This document shows positions 62,620 through 64,000 of a DNA stretch of 64,000 nucleotides, piece after piece. The notes under the pieces were generated by a model that worked only from the letters and a program-made list of their open reading frames with translations, ran no database searches and had not been told where the DNA came from. Every line of letters begins with the position of its first letter. The first letter of the stretch is position 1. The translations under genes were made by a program, and so were the position numbers. The DNA comes from a virus. The DNA lies in IMG/VR virus record IMGVR_UViG_3300020439_002657, positions 7,573 through 71,572 of that record, one strand, 5' to 3'.

Positions 62620-64000
62620 ATCGACAGCCGCAAATCCGGGAGTATCGCGGGTTATCTTTGATATCACCAAGTCCGAAGAAAGCGGACCCGGATCGCGGGG
62701 CGGAATTGTGGTCGGTTACTGGCCGTCGGGAAAACCGAAGTACCTTTCGGAGCTCAAAGAGTACAACCCCGAATCAGGCGAAATCCAAACCTCAACTGTG
62801 AATATCCCGAAGAACAAAGAACAAAGGCGAGAATTTGCAAAGAGGCAAATGCAGTCTCTTGTCGGCCTTTCAGTACCAAACATCAGCCTCGGCAGGGATG
62901 TTGTCTTTACCCGGTCGAAAGGCAAGAAGGGAGTATCCGGAATCCGAACCTCCCAGGACATCGCTGTCATCCCATTACTTGGCGCCCTGGTGCATACGGC
63001 CAGACTCGTTGGCTCAGAACCAGACAGCAAAGACCGTCGCCAGATTCTCGCCGTCCATAAACTTGCAAGCCCTGTCACGATCGATGGAGAAGAATGGGAG
63101 ACTGTTTTTACAATCAAGGATACGCTGGAAGGCAAAGAGAAGGTCCTGTACTATTATACGCACCAGGTTGGGAAACAGGATAGGCCCGGACTACAGCCCA
63201 GCGAGAAGGGACCGCCCCCTACCATACATCACTCTGGGAGTCCGGGCAAATCCAATTTGGGCGGACAGGGAGAGGATAACTCTGTTCCAACGAAGCGTCA
63301 ACAGAAATCATCACTACCCCGAGTGATCTATGAAGCCAGTCCAGCGTCAGTAGAAAAGGATAAGCCTGGTTCAGAGAGCGCGGATCTACCACCGACCCCC
63401 GGCACTATCCATCGCAATTCCCCAGGCCCCCATTTGGTCGGTATCGAAAATAATACGGCAGGATTCAGGGAAAGCAAACAGAAAACCTCTCTGCCCTACC
63501 AGATCCAGAAAGCAGGCCTCGTTCCAAAGATGTGCGAGTATTGCCGAGAGTGGGAAGCCTCCCAGCCGATCCTGCGGGTCTTTGCCAGCTACGCGGAGTT
63601 TGCACGGTCGGAATTCTACGCTGGCGGCGACCTGATGCAGAATGACCCATACGCAGAGTATGCGGTCTGGCCGGGCAAGACGAACGCCAACCGGCACTAT
63701 TCAGATTGGTGGATCTGCACGCCGGTCCACCCGAACTGCAATCACAGCTACCAATCCTGGGAGCCTCCGGATGAAGACGATTACGACTTCAGCGAGCACT
63801 TTGCGGACCTGGACAGGCGCATGGCCGAACGCCAGCAGAAGGCCGAAGAAGAATACTACGGGAAATCTCGGATCGCTCCTATGGAGGTGCGCGGTGTCTG
63901 GCATGAGCGGACCTGCGCTTGCGAGGATCCGGCCCATGATGACCGAGGATCCTGGGTGCGGGAGTATATTGCCCGAAGATTTCCGGTCGTTGTAGGGTAA
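62603..64000 (+). CDS. LPD3/BECR-like nuclease domain + MuF C-terminal Cys domain
   Basis: LVGLSVPNISLGRDVVFT...VIPLLGALV..A.LVGSEPD.K.R...VHKLASPVTIDGEEWETVFTIK...YYY (LPD3-like); later MCEYC...PVHPNCNH (MuF). Start at ATG 62603 or 62588 uncertain. Confidence 0.7.
   Translation: MLDSRESTAANPGVSRVIFDITKSEESGPGSRGGIVVGYWPSGKPKYLSELKEYNPESGEIQTSTVNIPKNKEQRREFAKRQMQSLVGLSVPNISLGRDVVFTRSKGKKGVSGIRTSQDIAVIPLLGALVHTARLVGSEPDSKDRRQILAVHKLASPVTIDGEEWETVFTIKDTLEGKEKVLYYYTHQVGKQDRPGLQPSEKGPPPTIHHSGSPGKSNLGGQGEDNSVPTKRQQKSSLPRVIYEASPASVEKDKPGSESADLPPTPGTIHRNSPGPHLVGIENNTAGFRESKQKTSLPYQIQKAGLVPKMCEYCREWEASQPILRVFASYAEFARSEFYAGGDLMQNDPYAEYAVWPGKTNANRHYSDWWICTPVHPNCNHSYQSWEPPDEDDYDFSEHFADLDRRMAERQQKAEEEYYGKSRIAPMEVRGVWHERTCACEDPAHDDRGSWVREYIARRFPVVVG
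63172..63266 (-). ncRNA. Candidate antisense small RNA copy 1 (ends approximate)
   Basis: Minus-strand TTGACG(63301-63296)-17-TATCCT(63278-63273); stem GCCCGGACT/AGTCCGGGC spanning 63184-63247; CCGCCC/GGGCGG pairing; pyrimidine-rich tail. Confidence 0.55.
63352..63443 (-). ncRNA. Candidate antisense small RNA copy 2 (ends approximate)
   Basis: Minus-strand TTGCTT(63477-63472)-16-TATTAT(63455-63450); stem GCCTGG/CCAGGC spanning 63364-63427; ACCGACC/GGTCGGT pairing; U-rich tail. Confidence 0.5.

Larger units (their letters stand above)
1..64000. mobile_element. Phage/prophage region (myovirus-type, probably temperate); ends not in window
   Basis: Portal, terminase, capsid, protease, sheath, tube, baseplate and fibre genes plus repressor/antirepressor and recombination genes; no host housekeeping genes recognised. 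Confidence 0.95.

Noticed and set aside
62590-62625. Programmed +1 frameshift joining the two MuF halves
   Set aside because: TTC ACG TGA is not a recognised shifty-stop context, and in-frame ATGs (62588, 62603) with purine-rich upstream sequence allow separate initiation.
63172-63477. HDV/theta or hammerhead ribozyme, tRNA or CRISPR mini-array interpretation of the repeats
   Set aside because: No P3/L3-P1.1 core, CUGAUGA/GAAA, T-loop or identical repeat-spacer pattern could be fitted by eye; a covariance-model search would be needed to exclude fully.
1-64000. Numerous 60-250 aa antisense/shadow ORFs; integrase, att sites, tRNA, rRNA, CRISPR
   Set aside because: Shadow ORFs overlap well-supported genes and lack motifs or SDs; none of the other elements could be recognised.

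Overview
The whole window is a segment of one tailed, probably temperate, phage or prophage. It carries a myovirus (contractile-tail) virion module whose capsid, portal, sheath and tube resemble the SPO1/A511/K-like (Herelleviridae-type) lineage. That module is scattered over many short transcription units on both strands. The window also holds a cI/cro-like switch, an early region (antirepressor, recombinase/exonuclease, methyltransferases, RusA, terminase) and moron/defence genes (Fic, HTH-ImmA pair, SIR2-like, KTSC). No integrase, endolysin, tRNA or CRISPR array was seen. Main observations read from the sequence: (1) Two tandem, covarying, pseudoknot-capable antisense RNA units, each with its own sigma70-like promoter, lie inside the ORF just after an LPD3/BECR-like nuclease domain in a split MuF gene. 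This is a candidate RNA-antitoxin system. (2) Several putative virion cargo proteins (ParB + DarB-like MTase/helicase, Zeta-like kinase, others) share a 23-aa basic tag placed next to hydrophobic-K|A/S putative prohead-protease sites. (3) About 16 copies of a phage-specific promoter (NNNNCC-GAT..17..TANNNT) sit mostly 28-30 nt before SD-less start codons, suggesting a leaderless late regulon. (4) There are candidate recoding events: a -1 frameshift in a baseplate/fibre gene, an A9 slip in the tail chaperone, and an out-of-frame second subunit of a C5 methyltransferase. All functional calls come from motif recognition by eye; no database search was run.
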